The notes beneath the pieces were generated by a model, which saw only the letters and a program-made list of their open reading frames with translations, was not told the origin of the DNA and ran no database searches. Position numbers and translations under genes: made by a program. A DNA stretch of 64,000 nucleotides from Lama glama. Lineage: Eukaryota. Shown here one piece after another: positions 25,745 to 39,315 of the stretch (position 1 is its first letter; each line of letters starts with the position of its first letter). The stretch is from NCBI GenBank assembly GCA_028534125.1, contig CM052816.1:11782001-11846000 (forward strand), written 5' to 3'.

Positions 25745-26975
25745 CTGTGCAGTAGGCATTTGTTGATTTTACCTGTTCAGTGTCATTTCTACTGTTTTTA
25801 ATAATGGTAAAAGACCCAGACTTCATTTTTGGGAAGTGCTCCTTCCTTTATTTTAGTCCATATAGTTCAGTTTGCTTTTCTTAAAAGTTCAGAAGTGGTT
25901 ACATGATCCAGGGTTGGTCAATTGATCATTCTACTACCTTGGTGTCAGTGACTAGTTCACAGATGGCATGTGACTTAGTCCAGGACAGTGAGGCTTCATT
26001 CTGGTGTATACAGAGGGACATGATGAAAGAGAAGATTTTTTGCCTTTGGAAATGTAACCTGGTAGGCTGTAAACCATGGTGCAGGGCAGAGAGGTAGGAT
26101 GATGCTGGCCTGTAAAGACGTCTTTAGACCCTGGATGCAGCCTCTCAGCTCCAAATCCAGATGCTTCATTGAGTGCCTGATCCATGCCGGGCACAACCAA
26201 AGGCGTTACAAATTCATCACTGTATGAAACAAGTAACTCTTGCTCTCATGGAATTCACATTTCAATTCTACGAGCCAATGAGCACTCCATTTATGTTTTC
26301 TTCATTTGTGACCTTGACCCTGAAAGTCCAGGATTTTATTTCCTAATTTATAAACTGGACAAAAATATCTCTTTTGCTGAAATATTATGAAAATAATGTC
26401 TGTAAAGTATTAGCATATAGTAGGTGCCAAAGAAATAATATTGAATTGAGCGTTAGTCATTACATTTGGCCACCCAATATCTGAATCCCTTTTCTTTTTT
26501 TGGGGAATCTCCCACCTTGGAAGTCAGAGCCCATTTAGAAGCTGGTAAGACCAGCCCCCTGTGCAGTGGGGCTTGGGCTCCTGGCTGAGGCATCACAAAC
26601 TGGATGCCTCTGACACAGGCTTTGAGTCTGAATCACATTGAGCAATGAAGTGCCAAGTGTGCGCTTCTTTCTGGGGAAAGTGGTGTAGGGTGGCAGATGT
26701 GTGTGATCTTAGAGGCAGCAGTTCTGGCATCTGCCCCAGAAATGCCAGCGGTGCAAACTGCAGGGCCTGTTTGGCAGAGGATGCTGTGTACCCTCATCAG
26801 ACTGTCCCCGAGAAGAGGGGATTCCTGGCTATGTAACTTCAGACGTGTTTCTCTAGATTTCTTAGAGAATATAGAAACTCCCCAACGTCCATTTAAGCAC
26901 ATCATTTTCTGCTTTAATTAGGCAGAACTCGTTTCTCTTGCTTGTGATTAAGACCTGGCTGATCCCTTAGTTACG
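25745..26975 (+). mobile_element. Two old ERVL/MaLR-type LTR remnants (about 25745-26280 and 26450-26975) with a MIR between them
   Basis: 'ggcatgtgacttagtccagg', 'cctgatccatgcc'; 3' end 'gtttctcttgcttgtgattaagacctggctga'. Confidence 0.5.
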
Positions 26976-28753
26976 ATAATATAATTTGAGGGACAATAAT
27001 GGTGATAGTAAGACCTGTGTTATAGTGGGGAAAAAGTCACTCAGTCTGTAATACAGAGAATGAATAGGAGAGGGGTGAGATGGGAAAGTAAGAACAGTGT
27101 GGGCTGATCATAGCTGCTCAGAGTGATAGGGGGTGGTAGGAGATGGTAAGGGCAGTATGGGTTGGTGGTATGTCTCTCACTGTGTATATGAGCAGAATGG
27201 AATATGGTCAGGAGGGGTGTTGGAGGTGAGATTGACGTGACAGTTTCTTCAGCCATTAAACCATTTGCAGTAGAGAAATGTTGAGAATTCATAGCCTTAA
27301 ATGTCAATATTGTTTGTCCAAGTGGAGATATTTCGACTGCAGGGAGTATGATTCAAAGGCATGCTGTTTAAACTGGGTCAAGGAAAACTAAGGGTAAAAT
27401 CCAAGATTGGATTCCCACCTCTGGGTAGGGTGACTCAGCGTTCTCTACTTTGGTTCTTTCAAGTTGGTGAGACAGACGTTTCTCTGGGAGTCCCATATGT
27501 TGATGATAGCCAAGTAGTTTGCAAATGGTAACTATGAAAGAAAAATGCTCATGAATAAGTAATGGGCACTACTCATCACAATTTCCTTTGGTGCTTTCTC
27601 ACTGTCCCAAATACTGTAAAGCCAGCCTAATGAGCCATTTGTGACCACAGTGGTGGGGTTAGGGGTGGGTACTGGAACACAGTTCAGAGATGGTAATCAT
27701 TTTTTATTGAGATATGTGATTTGTTTCCCTTAAATTCATTAAAAGTTTCTGGAACAAATAAATAAAATAATTGATACAAATCCAGCCTCCTTTCCTTCCA
27801 TAGATCATTAGGGAGTTGTAAGTCCTTCCTGACCCCCAGGAAGCTCTCCTCTCTAAGAATAAAGTGTTAGTATGTGACTCCCTGGCAGTTGTTATTATTC
27901 CAGAAATTAATTTACTCTAATTAGTTTTAAGCCCATTAACAGAAATAGAGATCAAAGAAAGGGAGGCCTGAAAACAACATTTTCCTCAGCCAGTTGTAAA
28001 AGCTTTTCATGTGCTTAACAATTTGGCCACTGAAAATCAAATCTTGTTAGAAGTGAAACAGAACACATATAAATCAGGATATAACTAGTGTGATTCCTAA
28101 AAGGCACATTACCTCTCATTCTATTTTCTGAAAGTAAGATATCAACTATAATTTTTCTCTCCCACTGGAAGTCTCCAAATTGAGTTCTGAGGGACCCGCA
28201 AGTCAGAGAAATGACTGAAACTGAAGCTCAGAAAGGGCTGGTTTTGCTTGGGGAGGATAGGTGCCTGCTTCAGAAAACTCACAAGAAGGTTCTTTTCGCC
28301 CAGGAAGTAGCTTTCCCATCCTAAGTCACCCTGTCCGGAACTGCGTCGTGAGAGGAGGAAGGGGCCATCTGTGAGTTACTTTCTCCAGGTCTTTAAATGG
28401 TCTGTTCTCCCCAGAGGGCTTTACCCCCTGAAAACTCAGCCTTGGGGTGAACTGGCACAGGGCCATTTTGAAGACTGGGATGGAGTTGATTCTGGAAGGT
28501 ACAAGGCTGGTTGATCTTAAGGTAGACTGAGGACAAATGGTGGAGGCCATGGAGTTCAGACTTGGTTTTGTAGTCAATGGGGGACTTGGGGGTTTTTGAG
28601 AATAGGAGTGACAGTTTCAAAACTGTATCACTTGGTGGATCATGAAGAATGAATTTGAAGAGGAGAGACTGAAGGATAGAAGGCAAGTTAGGGGATCCAG
28701 ATAATAAGGAGGGATGACTGGAAAGCAGGGTATAGAAATGGCAAGGAGGGGAT

Positions 28754-29283
28754 TGTTGCGGGACATGGTGGGCCAGTGTACTGGTGGTAAAAGAATTTAC
28801 CAAAGACAAAGAAGTTTGAGAACAAAGGAAAGTTTAATAGGTACACTCCTACAGGCAACAGCGAGCCACACAGACAAGAGATGCCTATGTGAGCACGAGG
28901 GTGCAGGGGCTTTCATGGGGGAAGGGGCTGTGAACACAAGGAGTAGGGATCTGCACGATCAGCTTGTGCACAGGTACCTGACTGGTAAGTGAGATAAGAC
29001 TTGTCAGGGCTACTCTGAATAATGGGTGGGGTTTACGACTAAGCAGGAGGCCTGTCCCTAGGGTATTGTGAGACTAGCCGTTTCCTGGGGGTGGTTAGTT
29101 TTGTTAGAGTAAACACACATCAAGGGAAGATGTTTTTTATCTTGCAGAAGTGCAGGTATGTGGAGGGTGCGAAAGTGAGGAGTGGACATTAAAGGTGTCA
29201 GTTGGCTCCAGCCACACAGAGAGCCCTGGAGTGGGGGCTTTATGGCTTTTGAGCAGCTTCAGAGAGCTCCAACCAGCTCCACA
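28754..29283 (-). mobile_element. ERV solo LTR (530 bp) inserted in L2
   Basis: TG...CA termini, perfect 5-bp TSD gggat (28749-28753 and 29284-29288), minus-strand ATTAAA (28833-28838); L2 sequence continues on both sides (about 28520-28753 and 29284-29420). Confidence 0.85.
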
Positions 29284-32200
29284 GGGATGGATTTTGGAAA
29301 TACTTCTGGTGTGGAATGAACAGGATTTAGTGAGGAATGGGGGTGTAGCTAGAGAGACTCAAGGGCTTTGGTCTTGGGTAACTAGGGTAGTGAGGTCAGC
29401 AACTGAGATAGGGAAGGAAAACTAAACAAACAAACAAAAAACCCCAGCACATTCCCAGAGTGTGAGATAATTGGCTTGGTATTAGACAAAATAGCTAATA
29501 CTGATATTAAAAGTGGCAGACTTCTGGGGAGAATCATCTGAATTTCCTGTACAGCAGATGTCAGTCCAACTCATATTATCTTTTGAACCAGCCAAGAAAT
29601 AAACAAGTAAAGCTGCCTGGAATTGAGTGCCACTGGGTTTGAGAACATGACCCATGCACAGCGGTGGCTACCACCAGCTCCATCAAGTTGCTGCTGGGTC
29701 AGAAAGGGGCCAGGGCTGTCAAATCATCTAATTTCTTAAGAGAAGCCAGAAAGCAAATGTTATATAAAGTGTCCTGATTCTTAAATGTTGGCAATTGATT
29801 CAATTCAGTTCTTTTTTTCCTGAAACTCGAATATGAGCCAACCCCAGGCAAGTCTGCAGAGCAGCCCTGGGGGCCATGAGTTTGAGATTTCATGAACTAG
29901 CCTGAATAACTGTGGAGTGGTGCAGAAGAGGAAGTCAGAGCTAAAGGTGGATCCCTGGACAAGTGCTTTTGGAGCAGCTGTAGGTTTGCTTGCTCAGTAC
30001 TAGGAACTGTGGGGGAGAAATGTATGGCTGCTGCCCTCCAGAAGCTGACAGCTGGGAATGCCAGGTCAGTGAAACAGCCAGAACAGAATGCAGCACAGTG
30101 TGTGATTAAGGGCTATGTATAGTAAGATTTCAAGAAAGGGGGAGGTCAGCATCCAACAGAAGCATGAAGAAAGACAAAATGAATGCCTAGGTCTCGAGTA
30201 GGTGAGGGAGCACTTTCAAGAGGAGGCAGAGGATACACACAGAACTGGAGCCCTTTCTCCAAAGTCCATCCCCAAGTCAGTAACTGCAGTTCAACAGGTT
30301 TTGTGTTTTCTCCAGGGAGATAGGCATGGAGTTTCTGAGAGCAGACGGGAAGAACATTACCAGTGGAACCTGGGTCTGCTCTGATGAGCACTAACCGACC
30401 CGTCTGGGCTGTTTATTTTGTATTATTTCTGGACGGTTTTCCCTGCTCCAGGCCCGTGGCATTTAGCTTAAAGATTAAAAGTAAATAAATAAACAAACCC
30501 TGATGGCTTACATTTAGGAGACAACACATCTCTCTAAAATAGTGAGATAATCCCCGAAGCTGGAGGCATCTCATCTATTGTTGGTTTCTTTAGGGTTGCC
30601 CAGGAGGGTGAAAAGAGGTTAACAGAACAGAAGAGTCTTAGGACAGAGGAGGAGGATTCAAAAGGGAGATCTGTCATGTTTTTCGTAACTAGTCTTTGGG
30701 GACACAGCAGAATATCAAATAGTATTTTCCCTGATAATACACTCTGTGTTTCCTTCCTGTTTCCTTGTCTTTCTTTTTCTAGTCTTTGCTATTTCTTCCC
30801 CCAAATCTCTGACATTTGTAATGAGGATAGATTTATTTGTTGAGGGATAAAGAAAATGATGTCTTTGTCCTGAGCCGGTATCAATCATTTTTTAAAAAAT
30901 GAGCCTTTTGCTGATAGACAGAATCAATTTGTGAACCACATATGATTACCTCAGTTCAGTTACTACGGAAAGCTGCTTCCAGGCTCAGGTGAGGATTGAG
31001 AATGTGTTTTTGCATTTTCCCTTCTGCGAGGGAGGACATAAGAATGTAACAACCTCACAGGAGACAGCATGACATTTGTAACTGTTCAGCTTTGGGCATG
31101 CCTGGCTCTTGGCGAAGGAAGCAGTTTCACAGTGAAGATGCACCGTTTCCATAAATAGGTAGACATTTGCATCTCCTGCCTTTCCAACCAATTTCCATTA
31201 TGTTTGGGTTAAAAAAAAAAAAGACCATATTTTTCTCACAGGAGCATGAGTTCTCATACCTGATGCAGTTTTGAGATTACAGGACTCTTTATCTCTGGAA
31301 ACAGAGGGCGTGGGAGGGAATGGGCCAAGAGGAGGAGGGCTACAGTGCAGAATTCCAGAGGGTACTGTTCCTCCTGGCTTTCTCTGCGACTGTCACCTCC
31401 ATGTCGAGTCGTGGTAGTTTGAACCCAAGGTTCTCAGATGAATCCTTAGAGCCAAAATAATACTCCTCCCAAGAGATACTGTCTTCTCCATTATAGTGGG
31501 GACTTTTTTTGTTGTGTACAGTCAATGGATACTTGAGAGAATAGTTAGAAGTCTCATTTCCAAGAAAGCTAAAATACTAAAGACATTTAATTGTTTTCTG
31601 GATGATTTTGAAAATTCAGATTTTAAACAGCCTCTGGCGATTAGGTGAATTCTTTCTTTTTAATTTCCTCTTTTAAAAGATTCTGTTTCTTCCTTCAGTG
31701 ATAGAGTAACCCAGCTTTGGAGCAATCTCAGAGTTACTCCTTTGGGTTAACAGAAACAGTTAATGTTATACAATTCCGAAAACGGTGCATTTATGTACAT
31801 GCCTTGAGTTACAAACAACAGATTAAAGCCATTCCTTATCCAGATGGTCAAGTTTTCTTTTCTCTTCCTTTCTCTAAGCCCCAGCAAGAGCTGCTCTCTT
31901 CATAAAGCTACTGAGATGTCCAAGTCAGAAAGCGTTAATCTGTGGCTGGTTATCTGGTCAAGAAGAATTCACCATTGACTTTATCAAGCACGTTGGGAAT
32001 TTATTATGTGTGAGATATTGGCTCTGGCTCTGTGCTTGTAGTGCAGAGATGAAGAAAGCACATTATTTGCCATCAAGAAGCTAATAGGATAGAGGGATAG
32101 ACACAGAAATAGGAAATTTCATCATGAAGTGATAAGTGGTAAGCCATAATAATGTGGGCCCTTAACTCAGCCTGGAAATCTAAGGAAAGCACCTTGCAGA

Positions 32201-32859
32201 AGATGACATCTGACTTGAGTCTTAAAGGAACAGGAGGAATAATCAGAAGAAAGAAGGAACATCTGTGTGTAAGGGAGCACCTAGAGTTAGCATTCATCCA
32301 GTGCTTTTTCCCTGCGCTAAACTCTGTGCCTTACACACATTCATTCACAGAATTTTCATGACAACCCTATAAGTTATATATCCTTAACTCTGTTTTGTAC
32401 ATGGGAAAAAGAAAACCTAAGTCTTAGAGGAGCCAATTAACTTGCCCAGGTGAATATGGCTACTTTCTAGAAGAGATAGGTTTCAAATCCAAGACTTGAT
32501 TCCCAAACTCAACAGCTTACTGATTGTAGTATACTGCCTCTCTGGCCCACAAGACATAAATTGTTGTGATTATTTCCTAAAAACAGAAAAATCTCGTAGA
32601 GTCCCTTTACAGGAAATGTGTGTGCACCTGTTTGGCAGAAAGTGAGGAAGAACACAGAAAATTTAAAGTAGAAGTACCAGCAAGTCATTGACCATTGGGA
32701 ACTAATAGAAAAGTATGTAATAAAAGGCTGAAATGATAAAGTGAGTGAATGAAATGACTAGAACAGTTGGTTTAGTGCAGGGCTTAAAGTATGTCCCAAT
32801 AGTTGATGGATTGTGAGTAGTTTTGTTTCTATAGGGTCAACCTGACCCCACTGTCCCCA

Positions 32860-33260
32860 TCACTCACTCAGGTCCAGCTGCACTGGCCCTCCTTTCTATT
32901 GCTGCAGACACCAAACTTGCTCCCACATGAGGGCGTCTGCACTCTTCCTCTGCCTAGATTGTTTCCCCTCTAGATCTTCTCTTTTTCATCACCCCATGAA
33001 TCCCCTCTTCAGAGAGCCTTTCCTGACCTCCTGACCCACTGAGCCCAAGAACTCTTATCAGGTTGCCCTGCTTAATTTTCCCATAGCGTTTAATTGTTGT
33101 CTGAAATGTCATGTTTGTTTATAAGCTTATTTGTGCACTGTCTGCCTTGCTCTATTAAGATGTAAGCCCTAAGAAGATGAGGGTTTTGTTTTGTTCACTG
33201 CTCTGTTCCCAGCTCCTAAAATAGTACTTAGCCTACATATTTGCTGAATGAGTGCATTTG
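32860..33260 (+). mobile_element. L2 LINE 3' end
   Basis: 'cactggccctcctttctattgctgcagacaccaaacttgctccc...ttttgttcactgctctgttcccagctcctaaaatagt...tatttgctgaatgagtg'. Confidence 0.85.
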
Positions 33261-34329
33261 ATGGTTAAAATAACTGGGAAGTAGAATAGGCTTTTGTTTT
33301 TTTAATCTTTGTCATACAGAAGATAAAATGGGACTCTGTGGTAATATAGTAGGTTCAAGATCAAACAATAAAAGTAAATGGAAGAGTCAGGAATTAAACC
33401 CAAGTCTCCTTTCCTGCTGCATTCCTGTCAGTTACCTCAGGAATACGATTTGCTTGTTTCCTGCTTTCTTTCCCTTCTGACGTTCACATGTGGGGATGGA
33501 ATTCCCTTAGATTAAAAACAGTTTCTGTAATGACTAGGGTTGTAATTCCTCCATTCTGTACTCAGTGCACCGTATATATTCATCTTGTAAGACTTCCCTT
33601 TCTAAAACACAGATCCCAGACTGATGGGGTAGAAGTGGGATGGAGGGTAGGCTGCACACTGGAGAAATCTGGGTCATAATAGTGGCTTTTACTGTATGAC
33701 CGTGGATCCATCTCATCTTCTCTCTGAACCTGTTAAGTGAGAGGAGTGACCTCAATGATCAATGAACAAATGATTCCTAGATGGATATTTCAGTATGAGG
33801 TTGGTAATGCTGGGGCTGGGTGTGCCTTGTGTATTTGTTTGCATGTGTGCATGCCCACGTGATGTTATTAGGAAGGTTTCGGAAATTAAAGGCAGTTTTT
33901 CAAGCTTAAACATAAAGTACTCAGGGTACCTGGCATTGGTTTCATCTGTCCCAAGTGCACTGCTCAGTGAATCCGTATAAACTGAAAGATGGAGCAAATT
34001 AAAATGTTTGCATAAACTTTCCTGTTTAGTGTCTTAGTATCATCTTATTTTCTTACAAGAAACAAAAAACTGATTTTAGCTAAGCTAAGAAAAAGGAATT
34101 TTTTGGAAGATTTCCAGTGGGCTTACAGAATCCAAAGGAGGTTGGAGGATCAGGCTTGAGGATGAACAGAAACAGAGAGAGGAGTGGAGGACTTGGAAAG
34201 AGTAAGCAAAGCAGTGGTTCTATCACAAGAAAAATGGAGTCAAGACCACTTTACAGCCACGTCCACTTTGCAGTGGAAACCTCCAACCCGTGCTCCAGGG
34301 GCCAGTATCCTGGGCGAGAGTGCCTGAAA

Positions 34330-34975
34330 CAATCAGGGGCTAGTAAGGAAAACAAAACCAGGCTAGTTATTTTAAGAAAGACTTTAGTGTAGGGATTGGT
34401 TAAGCAGAGGTTGGAGGAATGCAGTAGTGAAAATGAACACCAAGGCAACGTGGATTTAGCAACTGCAGGAAGAAGCTACTATGCTAGGAATGAAGCTATC
34501 CGCATCTCAAAGCTCGGAGAAGATGCATGGAGAAGATGCATGGAGAAGCTGAACCTCAGGCCTCTGAAGGCAGGGCACTAGCCAGCCTCTGCTGCTATCT
34601 CAGGGGTTGGGAGAGGATCCCCACAGGGCTGGGGCTCTGACCTTGGATGAGCAAGTACTGCCTGGCTGGTACCTTTGAGGGAGTGAGATGAGGATGGTTC
34701 TAGGACTGTGGAAAGAAGCTGGAAACCGTTGCTGTCAGAATGAATTATGGCTGCTGGGGTGAAGAAGAGCAGCTGGGTGACACCGGAAGGAAAACCAGCA
34801 AATGGGAAGGAACAGTTGCTTTTCTTCTCCTCCTGTTTCCAGTTTCCCCATTGGCAGAACACCAGAAGCCACCTGAGAATGGAGAAATATGGTCCACAGA
34901 ACCCCAGGTCCAGCATCACCAAGCAGGGTAGAGAAGTGAGTTTGGAGTTGAGAGGCAGCAGTTTCAGAACCTGCC
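34330..34975 (-). mobile_element. Old ERVL-type LTR
   Basis: 'cttttcttctcctcctgtttccagtttccccattggcagaacaccagaagcca...ggagaaatatggtccacagaacccc'. Confidence 0.55.
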
Positions 34976-36481
34976 GGGCAGTTTGTTGGCAGAACTTAGG
35001 TCAGGTGCTCACCCTCCGGCTAACTGGGGCAGGGCTGGGGAGGACCTGACCTTTTCCTTCTGTCACTGAAAGTGGCTTACTGAAATTGTTTCCCCAGTAC
35101 GACACCCATGGGGAAGAAGTAATTCTCCATGCAGTAATACAGTGATAGTAGACAGGAAGAATGGATGCTGGAGAGGCAAAATGCCAGCCACCTCCTGTGG
35201 CCTTTTAGTAAGCGCTGTCATGGTGGAGTCCTGAATGTGGGTATCATTGTCCTTTCTGTATAAATATATGGAATTGACCCTTCTTGTCCTTTTACAGCAT
35301 TAGAGCTGGCTGTTTATGTCAGGCTACAAATTGTAGATGCCCTGTTTAGATGGGGATTATAAATCCCCCACATTGAACTTTAACTGGGGCCAAATAAAGA
35401 AAAAAATTGGGGGTTATTTTCGTCCATGGTTTGGAGATTTATACAGGTTACTTAGAACCTGTTTATCTCGGCAGGCAGAAAGATAGTTGCTTAAATGGAT
35501 TTTCAAGCTTTGGCTTCAAAACACAAAGCCCTATGCAGCTTGGTGTTTGTCTTGCAAATCCTTATCACACTCAAATTATTGTTTGTGGAAGGAGGGAGGA
35601 AAACAGCTTGTAGCCGTATCCTCCTCCTCCCCCTATTTCTCTATTTTATGTCTGAACTCAAACATGTAATAGATCTGCATTTGGAGGAATTCAATGCGTG
35701 GTAATTAGTACACAGGCAGCTTTGTATTTCTTGAAATTAAGAACATCGGTTCTTGGTTGAAATGTAAGTTACTTGTAGATGCTTTTCTCCTTTTATTCTG
35801 AAACAACCTGGGCTTATTTTCCGAGTCAGGTTTTTCACTTATGTTTTATGCTGCTTGACTCAGATGACTTAGGCGGGCAGTTCCTTAAAATTAAAGTCTC
35901 TCCTGGATTTTTTCAAAGGTGGTTACAAAGAATTATCGACTGGCTAAACTAGAACAGCCAAAAGGAAGTTCAGTTGTCAGTCTTGTGTACAAATTTGCTA
36001 CTGGAAAAATAATGAAAAAAAAGTTATAATTGCCAACAGTTTACTATATATATATATATATCAACTTAGAAGTGAAGTTCCTTCCTCCTCAGAAGTAAAG
36101 TAGCAGTTCAAGATTTTTATATACATATATACAAAAAAAATCTGTGTTTATATACATATACATTTTTATCTACATATACATACATGCATATATTCATCTG
36201 AATTTTCATTTGTCATATGTCTGAAATTTCATACATCAGAGATATTTTCCAGGTCATCACATGTGTATTGCCCTCTGTTTTACACAGCATGATTTCTCAT
36301 AGTTTATTTAACTCTATCCGGTTGGTGGATATTGAGATCATATCCTAATTTTTTGCACCCAGAATCAATGCCACAATGAACATCCCCCTTACATAGCTTT
36401 CATTTTGATCTTATTTTTTATTTAACGGCAGTGCATATATTGTCTTACAATTGGAAAGACACAAAATGTAATTTTTTAATG

Positions 36482-36541
36482 TTTAGTTTTTTTATTTTTT
36501 AATTGAAGTATAGTTGATTTACAGTGTTTCAGGTGTACAGC
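36482..36541 (-). mobile_element. Tiny L1 3' end
   Basis: T-rich tract then 'aattgaagtatagttgatttacagtgtttcaggtgtacagc'. Confidence 0.75.
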
Positions 36542-36719
36542 GGGCTTAGGCTCAGGACCAGCAGGTTACTGCTTGCATCCCATCCGACTGGTCATTGGAA
36601 GCCACAAAACCAGGCTAAATTGAAAGGATGGGGAAATAGTCTCACTTGTTGATCTCCTATTTCTGGCCTGTGGGAGGAGTTGAATATTTGTGGAATAATC
36701 TTATGAATCATGGACTGGG

Positions 36720-37790
36720 TTGCCTGGACAACAGTCCTTGGACTTCTCTACTTTCCTGTCAATTCTCTCTCCCCAGGTAATCTCATCCTGGACTCTCACT
36801 TGGATGTATCCAGCCCAGGTCTCTTCCCCAAAGTTTCTGCCATAAAACCAACTGCCTAAATGATCTCACATAACTCTCTAACGGGCAGCTCCTGCCTGAT
36901 GTGTGCAAACCTGGGCTCCTCTCCCCAAGATTCTCTCTTCCCACAGATCTTCCCATTTCCATCAGTGGTGGCTCCATTGGTCCAGTTGTTCAGGTCGTAA
37001 ACCTTGGCGTCATCTTGGTCTCCTTTCAGTCCATGAGCACATCTTAACCCTACCTTCTTCACATGTCGACAACACAGTTAATTCTCACCATCTCTATTGC
37101 TGTCATTGGGTCCAACTCATAACTTTTTTGGCAATAGCCTTTTCCTTTGTCTCCCTGCTTCTGCTCAGATCTCTGCAGTCAGTCTTTTCACATAATTACC
37201 TGAATGCTTTTTTAAATGTGTAAATCGTTTTATGCCACTTCCTTTTTTAAGACCCGCCAAGAGCTTCCCATCTCCCTGAAAGCAAAAGCCTAATTCTTTA
37301 CAAGGGCTTACAAAGCCCTATGCAAACTGTTCTCCTCTTACCACTCTGCTTCATTTCCTGTTCCCCTCCGGCCCTTGCTCACTCAGCTCCAACCACGCAG
37401 GCCTCCTGACTGCCCCTAGATCACACCAACATGCACCTGCCACAAGCGGTTTAGTTTTGATCTTGCCTCTACATGGACCACCCTTTCTCCTGACAGCTGC
37501 ATGCTTCATTCTCTTATTTCTTCCAAGTCTCTACCCGGATGCCATCTTCTTACCAGTGAGGGCTTTCTAGACTTCTGTATTTAAATAGCAACCCTCCCCA
37601 TCTCCAAATTCTCTCTACCCCTTGCCCTGTTTTTTTATTTCTTCACAGAGCTTCCAATCTTTGACATACTCTGTATTTACCTGTTTGTTTATTATCTGAT
37701 TCTCCTCACTAGAACATAAATTCCAGACAGGCAGGGACTTTTGTTGTTAACTTGCTCTATCTCCAGAACCTAGAAAAGCTTAGAAACACT
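36720..37790 (+). mobile_element. L2 LINE, about 1 kb 3' portion
   Basis: 'ttcccatttccatcagtggtggctccattggtccagttgttcaggtcgtaaaccttggcgtcatcttg...ctagaacataaattccagacaggcagggact'. Confidence 0.9.
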
Positions 37791-39089
37791 TCTTAAAACA
37801 ATAAATAAAATTGAGTCTGAGATTCTTACAATGGCTGAGAGATTGAGATAATTTCTAGGGCTTTGGGAACTCAAGTCATCTGTGATGCCAGAGGGAGTAC
37901 AAATTGAACTGGTCTAGAAGAAGCACTGTTCATCAGGGCCCAGTATCACCCCTCCAGTCTGTTCTCACCATAGTACCTTCATCTGGTGATTTCTCTCTCT
38001 TCTCTTAATTCACATCTCCTCCTTGAGATTTAAGTTGAACAGTCACATCCTTGGAGTTTCTGCCCACATTCTCTTTACACTTTCTCATGGTACCATTCAC
38101 TATTAGTATAGCATTTATCACAACAAAAAAAGTGGACATCTGTTGGTGTGATTGTTTTCATGGTGTTCTCCCCCACGAGTCTGTAAGCTCCATGAAGGCA
38201 GGAAATCTGGCTGGCTCAGTGTGGCAGTGAACCCACCGAGCCCAGCACAGGGCCTGGTTTATGGTACTGTGGGGCTGAATACGGTCTACTGGGGACTGAA
38301 TATGAGACTGAATAAGTGAATCTATCTTTCCCAGATTATTCTGTTCTCTTACCACTGATTCTGTACTTCTTACCCTCAGTTAATTCTAAGGGGGGATATT
38401 TACAAATGGATACCATCTTTGAAACCCATTTTTGTTTGTTTGTTTTAGATCCTGGTCTCAAAAAAAAAAAGAAAAGAAAAGCTAAGATTGGAGTAAAGCA
38501 TTCAAGAGAGAGGAAAATCTTAAATCTGATTAATAGAAGGACTGCGTTACAGGGTCTCTCAATGACACATTACATTAGATGGTTAAACTCACAGGCAGAT
38601 GTCTGGGGTACTCTTGGGGCCATCCTTGGGGACTGTTGGTGAATTTGTCCAAAGCCAGGACTCAGGAATTTTTCTTGCAAGACTGTTGCACAGAAGCTCC
38701 GATCGTGGCCAACTCTTCCTGGGAGGCAGTGTCATCTGTTAACACCCCAGGAGCAATTAGATTTATTTAACAAAAACAGAATGGTGCTTGTAAAGTAGTT
38801 TGGAAGAGTTTGTGGGGCACAGCAAAATTGATTTTGAAGTAGGTCAGAGCTGTGATGTACCTAGCCCAATTATATGTTGGCAAGTGAATCTGGTTACCCG
38901 GTGACTTGGCTTAGAAAAAAAACACCTCAGTGATGGGTAAACTGCTTGTCTTTGGATGCCTCCAAGTTTGAGATCCTTTAACACCATCTGAGTCAGAATC
39001 CTGGTGGCCTAGGTGGGAAGGAAAGGCCAGATTAAACTTTTTTCCTCCCAGTGTTCTCTTTTTGCATATTTTCTATCCCAGGTTGTGTG

Positions 39090-39315
39090 ACGGACTTGGA
39101 GCCCTCAAGTCAACAGATCTGAGTTCACATCCTCACTTTGACACTGACTAGCTGTGTGATCTTGGGCTAGTGACTTCACCTCTCTGAGCCTTAAAAGAGC
39201 AATCACTATAATAGTAAAGACCATATAGGATTTAATGAGAATTAAATAGTGGATGCAAATGGTCTAGCAGTATACCTGACATGTAGAAAATTCACCATAA
39301 ATACTGATCATTGTC
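39090..39315 (+). mobile_element. MIR SINE
   Basis: 'cagatctgagttcacatcctcactttgacactgactagctgtgtgatcttgggctagtgacttcacctctctgagcct'. Confidence 0.85.

Noticed and set aside
31320..31525. Overlapping short ORFs on both strands
   Set aside because: No recognisable domain or splice structure; within chance expectation.
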